NCBI GenBank assembly: GCA_965226495.1
Contig: OZ245365.1
Span: 4,352,001-4,416,000, forward strand
Reading direction: 5' to 3'
Source: Candidatus Marinacidobacterales bacterium
GTDB taxonomy: Bacteria; Acidobacteriota; Vicinamibacteria; Marinacidobacterales; DATDRI01
DNA: 64,000 bases
Of this stretch, positions 18,961-27,808 are shown one piece after another. A model generated the notes under the pieces. That model did not search any database. It had not been told where the DNA came from and saw nothing but the letters and a program-made list of their open reading frames with translations. The translations under genes were made by a program, and so were the position numbers. Numbering within the stretch: position 1 is the first letter of the stretch; each line of letters opens with the position of its first letter.

Positions 18961-20127
18961 CTAGCTCCGCCAGATTTCTCCGAAAACCCGATGGAAATTT
19001 CCACCGATAACTCCTTCGATCGTCGACGCCGAGTGCCCACGTTTCGCCAAGGTCACCGCAATGCCCTCGAGTCTACGAGGATGGTTCAGCGTAGGGATGT
19101 AAACCGGGCGTTCCTCCCCCTGGGACGAGATGCCCAGGCCGCGGCGGCGCGCCAGAACGACCTCCCGCGCCTTCATGTACTCCGGCGTTTCTTCAACGGG
19201 CGTGATCCCCAAATCGCTCCCGATTCCAACGTGTTCGGCGCCGCACACGTTCAGTGCGTGCTCGATGTGTTGCATCATGATGTCTTCAGACGGCGCTCCG
19301 GGTCCGGCGTCCAGGAAGGGAACCATGTAGATTCCCACCACTCCACCCTTCTCCGCCATGGCCCGGAGCTCCCGATCTTCCTTGCTGCGCGGGTGCGGAG
19401 TCACCTCCCGGCAACCGCTATGGGTAATGAGGGGTGGCTTGGATGACGCCTCGATCCCGTCGGCCGTGGTGCGGGTCCCGCAATGGCTGAGGTCGACCGC
19501 GATTCCCATCTCGTTCATCATCGCGATCGCTTCCCGACCGAGGACGCTCAACCCGGCGTCGGCAGGTTCGAGACAACCGTTCCCCATCAGATTCCAACCG
19601 TTGTAGGTCACCTGCACGAGCCGCACTCCGAGTTGGTAAAAAACCTCGAGCTTAGTCAGGTCCTCGCCCAGCGAGGTGGTGTCTTGGAAACCGAAGATCA
19701 ACCCGAGACGGCCCTCCCGTTTCGCTCGATCGAAGTCTCTATGATGTCTGATAAGCGTCAGGTGCGATGCGTGCTCGTCCAGCTGGTCGGTCCAAAAAGC
19801 GACCTTGCGAACGGTTTCTTCGAAGGTTCGCTTGCTGCCGCCAACGGTCAAGTTAACCGCGGTGAGGCCGGACGCCTTCACGTTGTCGAGCTGGATCTGC
19901 GTCAGCGGCCCGGGTGGCGGCCAGAGAATGTTGACCGTGTTCGGGCTCGCCAGGCAGTCGATGGAAATGCCCTTCCGATAGATCTCTTTGGCCTGTTCCT
20001 CGGTTACGTGACCCTCCCGGGCCGCAGCCCAGCGTCGCGGCACCAAAGTGCCCGACACCGCAAGGAGACCGGAAAGACCCCCAAGAAACTGGCGGCGGCT
20101 CAGCGAAGACTGATCACTGCTCGTCAT
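18961..20127 (-). CDS. Membrane (renal-type, M19) dipeptidase family protein, Tat signal
   Basis: SRRQFL, QVTYN, GLSVLGREAIAMMNEMGIAVDLSH, ITHS, HPRSK, HVGIGSD, GGNF. Confidence 0.9.
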   Translation of the reverse strand: MTSSDQSSLSRRQFLGGLSGLLAVSGTLVPRRWAAAREGHVTEEQAKEIYRKGISIDCLASPNTVNILWPPPGPLTQIQLDNVKASGLTAVNLTVGGSKRTFEETVRKVAFWTDQLDEHASHLTLIRHHRDFDRAKREGRLGLIFGFQDTTSLGEDLTKLEVFYQLGVRLVQVTYNGWNLMGNGCLEPADAGLSVLGREAIAMMNEMGIAVDLSHCGTRTTADGIEASSKPPLITHSGCREVTPHPRSKEDRELRAMAEKGGVVGIYMVPFLDAGPGAPSEDIMMQHIEHALNVCGAEHVGIGSDLGITPVEETPEYMKAREVVLARRRGLGISSQGEERPVYIPTLNHPRRLEGIAVTLAKRGHSASTIEGVIGGNFHRVFGEIWRS

Positions 20128-20150
20128 TGCGAACCTCCCTAATCGTTAAC

Positions 20151-21179
20151 CTACCGCTTCAAGAGTGGCATCACCTCGTCGGCGAATCGTTTCATCTCGT
20201 CGACAGGATGGTGGAACTGCAACAAAAGCGTATCGAGCCCCGCATCTTCGAACGCCTGAATCCGCTCCGCAATGTGCTGGGGTGTGCCGGCTAGCCCACA
20301 AAGTGAACCGTTGTTCGAGCCCAGTCGACGGCCGAGCTCGGCCTTATCGAGGCGGTGTTCCTCCCATTTCATCGTCGAGTCCGCACCTTTGATAGCGCCG
20401 ATGGACCGCATCGCCGCCAACCGTTCGACTTCTCGTTCGACCTGCTCCTCCGTGTCGCGACACACCACGAAGGCGATGGTCCCGAACCGAGGAGGCTTCG
20501 GTCGACCGCTCTCTGCAGCGAAGGCCTTGACGGACTCGATGATCTCTCCCACTTGCTCGGCGGGACGACCGTTCATCAAGAAGATGTCCGCGAAACGCGC
20601 CCCTAAACGCTCCCCGGGCTCGGAGGTACCCCCTATGTACACCGGAGGGTGCGGTTTCTGGATCGGTTTCGGGGCGATGGTCGCTTCCTTCACCGAGTAG
20701 AATTTTCCTGAGAACGTGAAGTCGTCCTCGGTCCAGACTCCTTTGATGATTTGTATATAGTCTTCCGAGCGCGCATAGCGTTCATCGTGCCCGAGGATTT
20801 CCGCTCCCAATTTTTCGTATTCGGGGAGCCACCACGCCGAAACCAAGTTGATCGCGAAACGGCCGTTGCTGATGTGATCGATGTTGCTAGCCATCTTGGC
20901 GATCACGCCGGGCGCACGGAAACCCGCCTTCACCGCGGCGATGATCTCGATTTTTTCCGTGACCGCGGCAAGCGCGGCCGCGGTCGTCCAGCAGTCGACC
21001 TGATTCCAATCGGCACTTTGAGGATTGATGAAATGCTCCGCCAGGAGCAAGGTCTCGAACCCAATGCCCTCCGCCAGAAGCGTCTGCTCTTTCACGTGTT
21101 CGAAGCTCGCGTAGTTCTCTTGTGGGACCGAGGAGGCAATCCAATTCCCGTACACCGTGGGCCAGAATCCTAGTCTCAT
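20151..21179 (-). CDS. LLM class flavin-dependent oxidoreductase (SsuD-like), copy 2
   Basis: GFETLLLAEH, AKMASNIDHISNGRFAINLVSAW, GKFYSV...PKPIQKPHPPVYIGG, GTPQHIAERI. Confidence 0.9.
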   Translation of the reverse strand: MRLGFWPTVYGNWIASSVPQENYASFEHVKEQTLLAEGIGFETLLLAEHFINPQSADWNQVDCWTTAAALAAVTEKIEIIAAVKAGFRAPGVIAKMASNIDHISNGRFAINLVSAWWLPEYEKLGAEILGHDERYARSEDYIQIIKGVWTEDDFTFSGKFYSVKEATIAPKPIQKPHPPVYIGGTSEPGERLGARFADIFLMNGRPAEQVGEIIESVKAFAAESGRPKPPRFGTIAFVVCRDTEEQVEREVERLAAMRSIGAIKGADSTMKWEEHRLDKAELGRRLGSNNGSLCGLAGTPQHIAERIQAFEDAGLDTLLLQFHHPVDEMKRFADEVMPLLKR

Positions 21180-21524
21180 GTTTGGGGCCCGTCCTCGTAA
21201 GGTCTAATCGGTTCGATGACGCCCATAATGTAATGCCAGAGGGCGAATCCCAGTAGCGGAATCGCTCCCGCCAGGTAGAACACGGGTGCGTAGGAGAAGT
21301 GATCGACGAGCCATCCGGTCAGCATCGTGAATAGGATCCCACCCAGCGCGGACCCCGTCCCGGAGAGGCCTATCATCCGTCCCACCGCACCGGGGGGCAA
21401 ATCGAGTGAGGTCCTCGCCAAGGGACGTGGTGTCCTGGAAACCGAAGATCAGCCCGAGACGCCCCTCGTGTTTCGCTCGAAGAAACTGGCGGCGACTCCA
21501 CGAAGACTGATCGCTGCTGGTCAT
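21176..21524 (-). pseudogene. Chimeric duplication scar: internally deleted dipeptidase 5' fragment joined to an MFS 3' fragment
   Basis: MTSSDQSSWSRRQFL plus RAKHEGRLGLIFGFQDTTSLGEDLT (matching 20127-20084 and about 19729-19654), then LPPGAVGRM...IMGVIEPI (matching the MFS C-terminus from about 22806 down). Junction near 21401-21404. Confidence 0.9.
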
Positions 21525-21547
21525 TGCGAACCTCCCATTATCGTTAG

Positions 21548-22576
21548 TTACCGCTTCAAGAGTGGCATCACCTCTTCGGCGAACCGTTTCATTTCGTCGA
21601 CAGGATGGTGAAACTGGAGTAGAAGCGTGTCGAGCCCGGCTTCCTCGAACGCCTGAATCCGTTCCGCAATGTGTTGGGGTGTGCCCAGGAGCTCGGAAAA
21701 GACGCCGTTGTTGGTGCCCAATCGGCGTGCCAGCTCAGCCTTGTCGAGCGTCGCCGCTTCTCGCTGCATCTCGGAGTCCCCGCCTTTGATCACATCGATG
21801 GTCCGCATCGCCCCGAGCCGTTGGACTTCTCGCTCGACCTCTTCCTCGGTATCGCGACAAACCACGAATGCCATCGTCCCGAACCGAGGAGGTTTCGGTC
21901 GACCGCTCTCCGCGGCAAAGGCCTTCACTGGCTCGATCATCTCTCCCACTTCCTCGGCGCGACGTCCGTTCATCAAGAAGACGTCCGCGAAGCGAGCCCC
22001 CAAACGCTGCCCGGGCTCGGAACCTCCCCCGATGTACACCGGTGGATGCGGTTTCTGGACCGGCTTGGGGGAGATAGTGGCTTCCTTGACGGAGTAAAAC
22101 GGACCCGAGTACGTGAAGTCGTCTTCCGTCCAAACACCCTTGATGATTTGGATGTAGTCTTCCGAGCGTGCATAGCGTTCATCGTGCTCGAGGACTTCCG
22201 CGCCCAATTTTTCGTACTCGGGGAGGAACCAAGCCGAGACCAAATTGATTGCGAAACGGCCGTTGCTGATGTGGTCGATGTTGCTCGCCATCTTGGCGAT
22301 AACGCCGGGCGCACGGAATCCCGGCTTCACCGCGGCGATGATCTCGATCTTCTCCGTGACCGACGCGAGTCCGGCGGCCGTCGTCCAGCAGTCGACCTGA
22401 TCCCAATCGGCGCCGTACGGGTTGATGAAGTGTTCCGCCAAGAGCAAGGTCTCGAACCCAATGCTCTCTGCGAGAAGCGTCTGTTCTTTTACGGAATCGA
22501 AGTTGGCGAAGCTTTCCTTGGGGTGGGAAGAGGAAACCCAATTCCCGTATACGGTCGGCCAGAATCCTAGTCTCAT
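21548..22576 (-). CDS. LLM class flavin-dependent oxidoreductase (SsuD-like), copy 1
   Basis: Same length (342 aa) and motifs as 20151-21179; ATGA-coupled to the MFS gene. Confidence 0.9.
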   Translation of the reverse strand: MRLGFWPTVYGNWVSSSHPKESFANFDSVKEQTLLAESIGFETLLLAEHFINPYGADWDQVDCWTTAAGLASVTEKIEIIAAVKPGFRAPGVIAKMASNIDHISNGRFAINLVSAWFLPEYEKLGAEVLEHDERYARSEDYIQIIKGVWTEDDFTYSGPFYSVKEATISPKPVQKPHPPVYIGGGSEPGQRLGARFADVFLMNGRRAEEVGEMIEPVKAFAAESGRPKPPRFGTMAFVVCRDTEEEVEREVQRLGAMRTIDVIKGGDSEMQREAATLDKAELARRLGTNNGVFSELLGTPQHIAERIQAFEEAGLDTLLLQFHHPVDEMKRFAEEVMPLLKR

Positions 22577-23853
22577 AGTTGGGCCTCCGCGTCACCAAGC
22601 TTCACAATCTTGATGGGCTCGATGACGCCCATAATGGTATGCAAGAGGGCGAATCCCAGGAGCGGGATCACCCCCGCCAAGTAGAACACGGGTGAGTAGG
22701 AGTAGTGATCCACCAGCCATCCCGTCAGCATCGTGAATAGGATCCCACCTAGGGCGGATCCTGTGCCGGAGAGTCCGGTCATGCGTCCCACCGCACCGGG
22801 GGGCAAAATATCCGCGCAAAGCGTGACTTCGGTGGTCGTCCACACCCCGAACGAAAACGTAACAACACTGATAAGGGCCATGCACACCCAGACCTCTTCC
22901 ACCGACGCCGCGGGCATGCCGAAGAGCATGCCGATCGCTGCAAAAAAGAGCACGATCTTGCGCGAGTAGGAGAGGTTTCCGGTCCGGCGCAACAGCCGAC
23001 TCGATAGCCAACCGCCGAGAAAGCAGCCGAAGTCCGCGGCCAGAAAAGGAATCCACGCAAACAACCCAATGGCTTTGAGACTGAATCCCCGCTCGTCGCT
23101 CAGATAGCTCGGGAGCCAAAAGAGGTAAAACCACCAGACCGGGTTGACGGTAAACCGAGCCACGATGATGCCCCAGGGCTTGCGGTGTTTCAGCAGATCG
23201 AAGATCGAAGTCTTCTCCTCGCCGGCCGTTTCCAACCGTCCGGCATAGATGAGCTCTCTTTCCTCGGTCTCGAGCCGAGGATGGTCTTCCGGACGGGCGT
23301 ACAGGAGCCGCCAAGCGATGAGCCAGACGAACCCAAGAGCACCGGTCACGAGGAAGCACACACGCCAACCGAAGCTGAGGGTGAGGAATGCCACGAGAGG
23401 CGGGGAGATTAGAGCGCCGATGGCCGTCCCGCCGGCGAATAGGCCAACCGCGAACGATCGCTCCTGGGCCGGAAACCATTCCGAAATCGAGCGCATCGCG
23501 GAGGGGACCGTCCCGGACTCGCCGAGCCCGAGGAGAAAGCGAAAGAGCGCGAGGCTACCGAGCCCCCGGGTTGCCGCGTGCATCATGCCGGCGATCGACC
23601 ACCACCCGATGAACAAGCTCAGCCCTAGCCTGGCCCCCATTCGGTCGACCAAGCGCCCCGTGAGAATCGGGCCAATTGTGTAGGCGACGAGAAAGGCGTT
23701 GACCAAATAGCCGTACTCGGTGTTGGAAAGCCCGAGATCCGCGCGAATATAGGGGGCATTCACGGAAAGCGTTTGCCGGTCCAGGTAGGAAATGACGCTG
23801 GCAAAGAAGAGGAGACCGACCATGTAATAGCGGAGATGCTTTGTTGGGGTCAT
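22573..23853 (-). CDS. MFS transporter (ExuT/ACS-like)
   Basis: ISYLDRQTLSV, GRLVDRMGAR, RFLLGLGES, WFPAQERS, FWLPSYL; about 12 TM segments. Confidence 0.92.
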   Translation of the reverse strand: MTPTKHLRYYMVGLLFFASVISYLDRQTLSVNAPYIRADLGLSNTEYGYLVNAFLVAYTIGPILTGRLVDRMGARLGLSLFIGWWSIAGMMHAATRGLGSLALFRFLLGLGESGTVPSAMRSISEWFPAQERSFAVGLFAGGTAIGALISPPLVAFLTLSFGWRVCFLVTGALGFVWLIAWRLLYARPEDHPRLETEERELIYAGRLETAGEEKTSIFDLLKHRKPWGIIVARFTVNPVWWFYLFWLPSYLSDERGFSLKAIGLFAWIPFLAADFGCFLGGWLSSRLLRRTGNLSYSRKIVLFFAAIGMLFGMPAASVEEVWVCMALISVVTFSFGVWTTTEVTLCADILPPGAVGRMTGLSGTGSALGGILFTMLTGWLVDHYSYSPVFYLAGVIPLLGFALLHTIMGVIEPIKIVKLGDAEAQL

Positions 23854-23952
23854 CGCAAGGCTCGCGTGCACGGTATACACCGTTCGGTGGCAGATTGCAT
23901 CTTTGGAAGGGCAATGCTATGTAGTCGGCGAACTCTCGATTGGAGGACGCCG

Positions 23953-25464
23953 ATGAGACTCTCGCTCTTCGCTTTACTTGTTCTATTGATTGCTGGGACG
24001 GGTGAGCCCCAGGACCCCGTTCAAGATCTGGGGCCGCAGGGCCCTCCGTACCGACCCGATCGACCCATTGCCATCGTCGGTGGGCTTCTCATCGATGCTA
24101 CCGGTGCACCACCTCGCCTCGACCACGCCGTCATCATCGAAGGCGAGAGGATTGCGCGGGTCGGGCCCATGGATGAAATTGCGATTCCAGAAGGAGCGCA
24201 GATCATCGACGCCGCAGGCATGACCATCATGCCCGGGCTCATCAACTCTAATCAGCACATTCAGCTCAACCCGATGTATCCGAACCACCGCTTCTTCGCC
24301 TACCCCGCGGAGACGGTGAGCTTGACGCTTGCGGCTCTCAAAGCACGTTGGGAACTGACCTTCGCGCGGATGCCCCAGCGATCCTTCGTCTACCTCATGC
24401 AGGGCGTGACGAGCCAAAGACACACCAGTGGACCGTTGGCGCGCCTACTACCTGTCAAAGAGGCCATCGACACGGGAGAAATCCCTGGACCTCGCTTATT
24501 CCTTGGTGGAGCGCTTTTCAGAAGTGAGGTCGGGTTCGACAAATTCATCGAGGAGGAAGCCATCCCCGAAGAGGCGGTCGACTGGATGCGAAACGACTTC
24601 GCCTTCAACGTCATTGCCGACGCGGATCGAGACACCGACGCGTTCGTGGGTCCGGATTTTCACTACTGGAAGTTAGTGATGGGTGACGAACGATTCGACG
24701 GGAAGAACGATTTCACCGATGAACAGATACGTTTCATCATCGATAAGGCGCACAAGCTCGGGAAGCGCGTGGACGTGCACACCGGCGGCCACAACGACGG
24801 CCTGAGGCGAATGCTCGCGTTCGACATCGACACCGTGCAGCATCCCTTTTACGGCAACGAGCTCATCGACTTGGACATCATCGAAAGTTTCAAGAAAAAG
24901 GGCGTCGTCGCAGCGACACTTCTGACGGTCATGGTCGCGCCAGGAGAAAGGGCGGCGGACCCTCATCGCTTCAGCGAAACCACCTACGCCATGTCGATGG
25001 AGCCCACGGAGTATCGACTCCTCATGGAGTACCGGGACAAGATGCTTGCCAACTTGCGGAAGCCCGACGAGCCGGGGCTCGCTATCTACGGCGGAGGCCG
25101 TGGCCAATCGTTCAATGAGATTCAAGAGGGGATGCGCATCTCTCGGGAGAACATGCGGCGCTTCATCAAAGGCGGCGTGAAATTTTGGATGGGCACGGAC
25201 ACTCCAACGTTCTTGAATTACCAGCAGGAAGATCCCAACGCCAACGAGATGAGATACATGGTGGAGATGGGCATGACCCCGATGCAAGCCATCGAAGCCT
25301 CGACACGGAACGGCGCCGAAGCGCTAGGAGTGCTCGATAGACTCGGAACGATCGAGGCGGGCAAACTCGCCGATGTCATCGTCGTGGCTGGAAACCCGCT
25401 CGACGACATGAGAGCGATGAAGCGCGTCTATGCGGTCATCAAGGGCGGTGTTCGCTATAAATAG
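23953..25464 (+). CDS. Secreted amidohydrolase family protein with atypical first metal motif
   Basis: GGAGG RBS, signal peptide, IIDAAGMTIMPGLINSNQH (NxH in place of HxH), MGTD, GTIEAGKLADVIVVAGNPL. Confidence 0.85.
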   Translation: MRLSLFALLVLLIAGTGEPQDPVQDLGPQGPPYRPDRPIAIVGGLLIDATGAPPRLDHAVIIEGERIARVGPMDEIAIPEGAQIIDAAGMTIMPGLINSNQHIQLNPMYPNHRFFAYPAETVSLTLAALKARWELTFARMPQRSFVYLMQGVTSQRHTSGPLARLLPVKEAIDTGEIPGPRLFLGGALFRSEVGFDKFIEEEAIPEEAVDWMRNDFAFNVIADADRDTDAFVGPDFHYWKLVMGDERFDGKNDFTDEQIRFIIDKAHKLGKRVDVHTGGHNDGLRRMLAFDIDTVQHPFYGNELIDLDIIESFKKKGVVAATLLTVMVAPGERAADPHRFSETTYAMSMEPTEYRLLMEYRDKMLANLRKPDEPGLAIYGGGRGQSFNEIQEGMRISRENMRRFIKGGVKFWMGTDTPTFLNYQQEDPNANEMRYMVEMGMTPMQAIEASTRNGAEALGVLDRLGTIEAGKLADVIVVAGNPLDDMRAMKRVYAVIKGGVRYK

Positions 25465-25556
25465 CTATGGACACCGCGTTGGAGCGGACGGTGCCTGCGA
25501 GGCAGATCTGAACGCCGCAGCTCTCCGACCTGAACCAAATCGTCAAGAATCCACCT

Positions 25557-25799
25557 TCACGGGATGCGAACGGGCCATAGACCCTTCACGTAAACGGTTT
25601 CCCGTATGACGCGGTAGTAAACGATCCAGTCTCCAGCTAAGAACCATCGATGGTTTCGAAATCGGCCCTTGGCGCGTACCGGGTACAAGCGCGGAAACCC
25701 CTGAAGGCGGTCGGCTTTTTCCAGGATAACGCGACGGTCCCGCTCAGGCATCTCGGATAGCACGTCTAGAATCGTTGTCGGCCAGACAACGTCTGCCAT
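25557..25799 (-). CDS. RelE/ParE-family toxin
   Basis: 80 aa, LQGFPRLYP, GDWIVYYRV; 1-nt overlap with the upstream antitoxin. Confidence 0.75.
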   Translation of the reverse strand: MADVVWPTTILDVLSEMPERDRRVILEKADRLQGFPRLYPVRAKGRFRNHRWFLAGDWIVYYRVIRETVYVKGLWPVRIP

Positions 25800-26059
25800 T
25801 AGCTCCGGCGCTTCTTGACGCCGAATCGCTTCTTCACCTTCTCGTGAGAAGTGACTCGGCCATTCCGGATGTCCTCATCGGCGGCTTCCATTCTACGCTG
25901 GAATTCAGGGCCGGACTCGATCTGGTCCAGTCGCGCCTCCATCTCGGCGTAGAGTTGTATCGCCTCGCGAACGACATGGCTCCGATTTCCGGCACGGTCG
26001 GCGGCGAGTTCCTCGAGTAGCTCCTCGGTTCTGCGGTCGAGAACGAATTGGCGACGCAC
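25799..26059 (-). CDS. CopG/RHH antitoxin
   Basis: GTG start with GGAGG RBS; FVLD..TEELLEELA...NRSHVVREAI; C-terminal ADEDIRNGRVTSHEKV. Confidence 0.78.
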   Translation of the reverse strand: MRRQFVLDRRTEELLEELAADRAGNRSHVVREAIQLYAEMEARLDQIESGPEFQRRMEAADEDIRNGRVTSHEKVKKRFGVKKRRS

Positions 26060-26078
26060 GGGATACCTCCTCACCCGT

Positions 26079-26108
26079 ATTGTAATCCCCGGGGACACAC
26101 CATGTCAA
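26079..26108 (-). promoter_or_regulatory. Sigma70 promoter of the TA operon with palindromic putative operator
   Basis: Minus strand TTGACA-18 nt-TACAAT; the spacer contains TCCCCGGGGA (26086-26095). Confidence 0.75.
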
Positions 26109-26174
26109 CACTTATGATGAACTATCATGAAGGGTGTTGAAGTCCACTTGACGCTGACTCCTCACCCCCGGCGC

Positions 26175-27806
26175 CTATCTCCCTCGTCCCGGTTCGACGG
26201 TCCACAGGGTTTGGATCTCGTCGTCGAACCCCGTCATCTCCCAACGCGTTAGCGCCACGGGAATCGCGCCCGAGGCGAGAAACCCATCGTGAAACTCGCC
26301 TAGATCGAAGGCCGATCCCTGCTGACGGGAGCGGTCGGCAACCAGCCGGTCGATCTGCACCTTCCCCACGTACCAATTGATGGCGTAGGTGGGCCGGCGC
26401 AGCATGTCGTAGAGCTCGGCGTCGATGCGATAGCCCTCCTCGGAGTTGAAGGGGACGTTCTCGGCGAGGAAGCGGACCGCGTCCTCCACCGTAAACTCGT
26501 TGAGCTGGAGCTTGATGTTGACGATGCAACGCGCCGAACGGGCTATCAAAAAGTTGAGTATGAGCTCCCGGGTACGCGGTAGATCGTCGAGGAAACCGGC
26601 GCGCATCAACATTTCTTCGACGTAGAGACTCCAGCCTTCCCTTCCGCCTCGATCGCGAAAGTCTTCACGGATGGCGGTTGGACCGGTGCGAAAGCGATCG
26701 TCGAAAACGTGACCGGGTATGACGGTATGGAGCAGATCGGGTCGCGGGTCGCGGTACTGGATCTCCTCCCAGAGATTTCTTCTCCCATTCGGACGCTCGA
26801 CCCACGGATGGCTGCGCTCGAGTGCTTTCTTGATGTCGGGGATGTCCTCGGGAACGGTGAGAATTCCCTGCTCGACGAGAAACATCACGATGTGGCGCGC
26901 CGCCTCTTCTTTTCGACGAGCGTACTCCTCCGGCGACCCCGCCGGCTCGAGCTCTGGTAAGTCCCGATTGCGATGGCGTTCCCAGGCGAGCATCGCCTGC
27001 ATACGATGAAACTCCTGAGTTGCGAATGCGAGTATCTGATCGGCGGTGAAAGGCATGAGGCGGGCGTTTTTCAAATACCAGTCGAACTCCTCCCGCCCAA
27101 CTCCGGGAAAGTCGTTCGCCCGGCCCGGTGCGCGCTGCAACCAATCGCGGTAGCCTTCCAAAGCGGCTCGCGCGGCCCCCGCGTCCGCGGATAACTTGGG
27201 ATGGTGTTGAGCGAGGCGCTGCTCCAAATCCCGAAACCAGCCGATGATCCCGGCGGGCGGAACGTCTCGTTGTGGCTCGCCGTGGGAAACCCCGACGTCG
27301 AGCTCGAGATTGCGAACCGTGATGTAAGACAACGCCGGCGACCGCTCATGGAGATTTTTCTTCCCCAGCTCCAAGACACCAGGAAGCGCCCGCAACTGGA
27401 TGCGGAGGTCGCTGAGCTTCGCTTCACTTGCGGGAAGCTCAACATACGGAATTCCCTGGATCCCATTGAGGTAATGGCCGGGATTGCGGGACGGATTGCG
27501 AACGACACGATCATCGAAATCCCATCCATCGAGAATGGACCGCACCAGGAGGTAATCGATCTTATGGCTGACCGACCAAGCGGCCGGATCGACGGCGTCG
27601 AATCGTTGCCGGAGCTCGCGGTAGGTGCGACGACTACTCGAGAGCGCGGACGGGCGGGGATCCGGCAATCCGTCGACCAGTGTGGGCTCTCGAGCCGCGA
27701 GGGCGTCTTGATAGATCGCGACGAGCTCCAAGTAATCGGATCCCGCGGCCGCTTCCCCTGCATTCAGGAGAATCGACGTCGCGAGAAGGACCCACGTTTT
27801 TCGCAC
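26175..27806 (-). CDS. DUF885 family protein
   Basis: Signal peptide from the GTG at 27806; HTVIPGH (family HExxPGH), EGWSLYVEEM, WYVGKVQI, FDLGEFHDGFLASGAIP. Confidence 0.8.
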   Translation of the reverse strand: MRKTWVLLATSILLNAGEAAAGSDYLELVAIYQDALAAREPTLVDGLPDPRPSALSSSRRTYRELRQRFDAVDPAAWSVSHKIDYLLVRSILDGWDFDDRVVRNPSRNPGHYLNGIQGIPYVELPASEAKLSDLRIQLRALPGVLELGKKNLHERSPALSYITVRNLELDVGVSHGEPQRDVPPAGIIGWFRDLEQRLAQHHPKLSADAGAARAALEGYRDWLQRAPGRANDFPGVGREEFDWYLKNARLMPFTADQILAFATQEFHRMQAMLAWERHRNRDLPELEPAGSPEEYARRKEEAARHIVMFLVEQGILTVPEDIPDIKKALERSHPWVERPNGRRNLWEEIQYRDPRPDLLHTVIPGHVFDDRFRTGPTAIREDFRDRGGREGWSLYVEEMLMRAGFLDDLPRTRELILNFLIARSARCIVNIKLQLNEFTVEDAVRFLAENVPFNSEEGYRIDAELYDMLRRPTYAINWYVGKVQIDRLVADRSRQQGSAFDLGEFHDGFLASGAIPVALTRWEMTGFDDEIQTLWTVEPGRGR

Positions 27807-27808
27807 GT

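Noticed and set aside
25466-25535. attC-like wording (acaccgcgttggagcggacg...cgccgcagctc) next to a reverse-oriented TA module
   Set aside because: Lacks RYYYAAC and GTTRRRY boxes, has no second site and no integrase; at most a decayed remnant.
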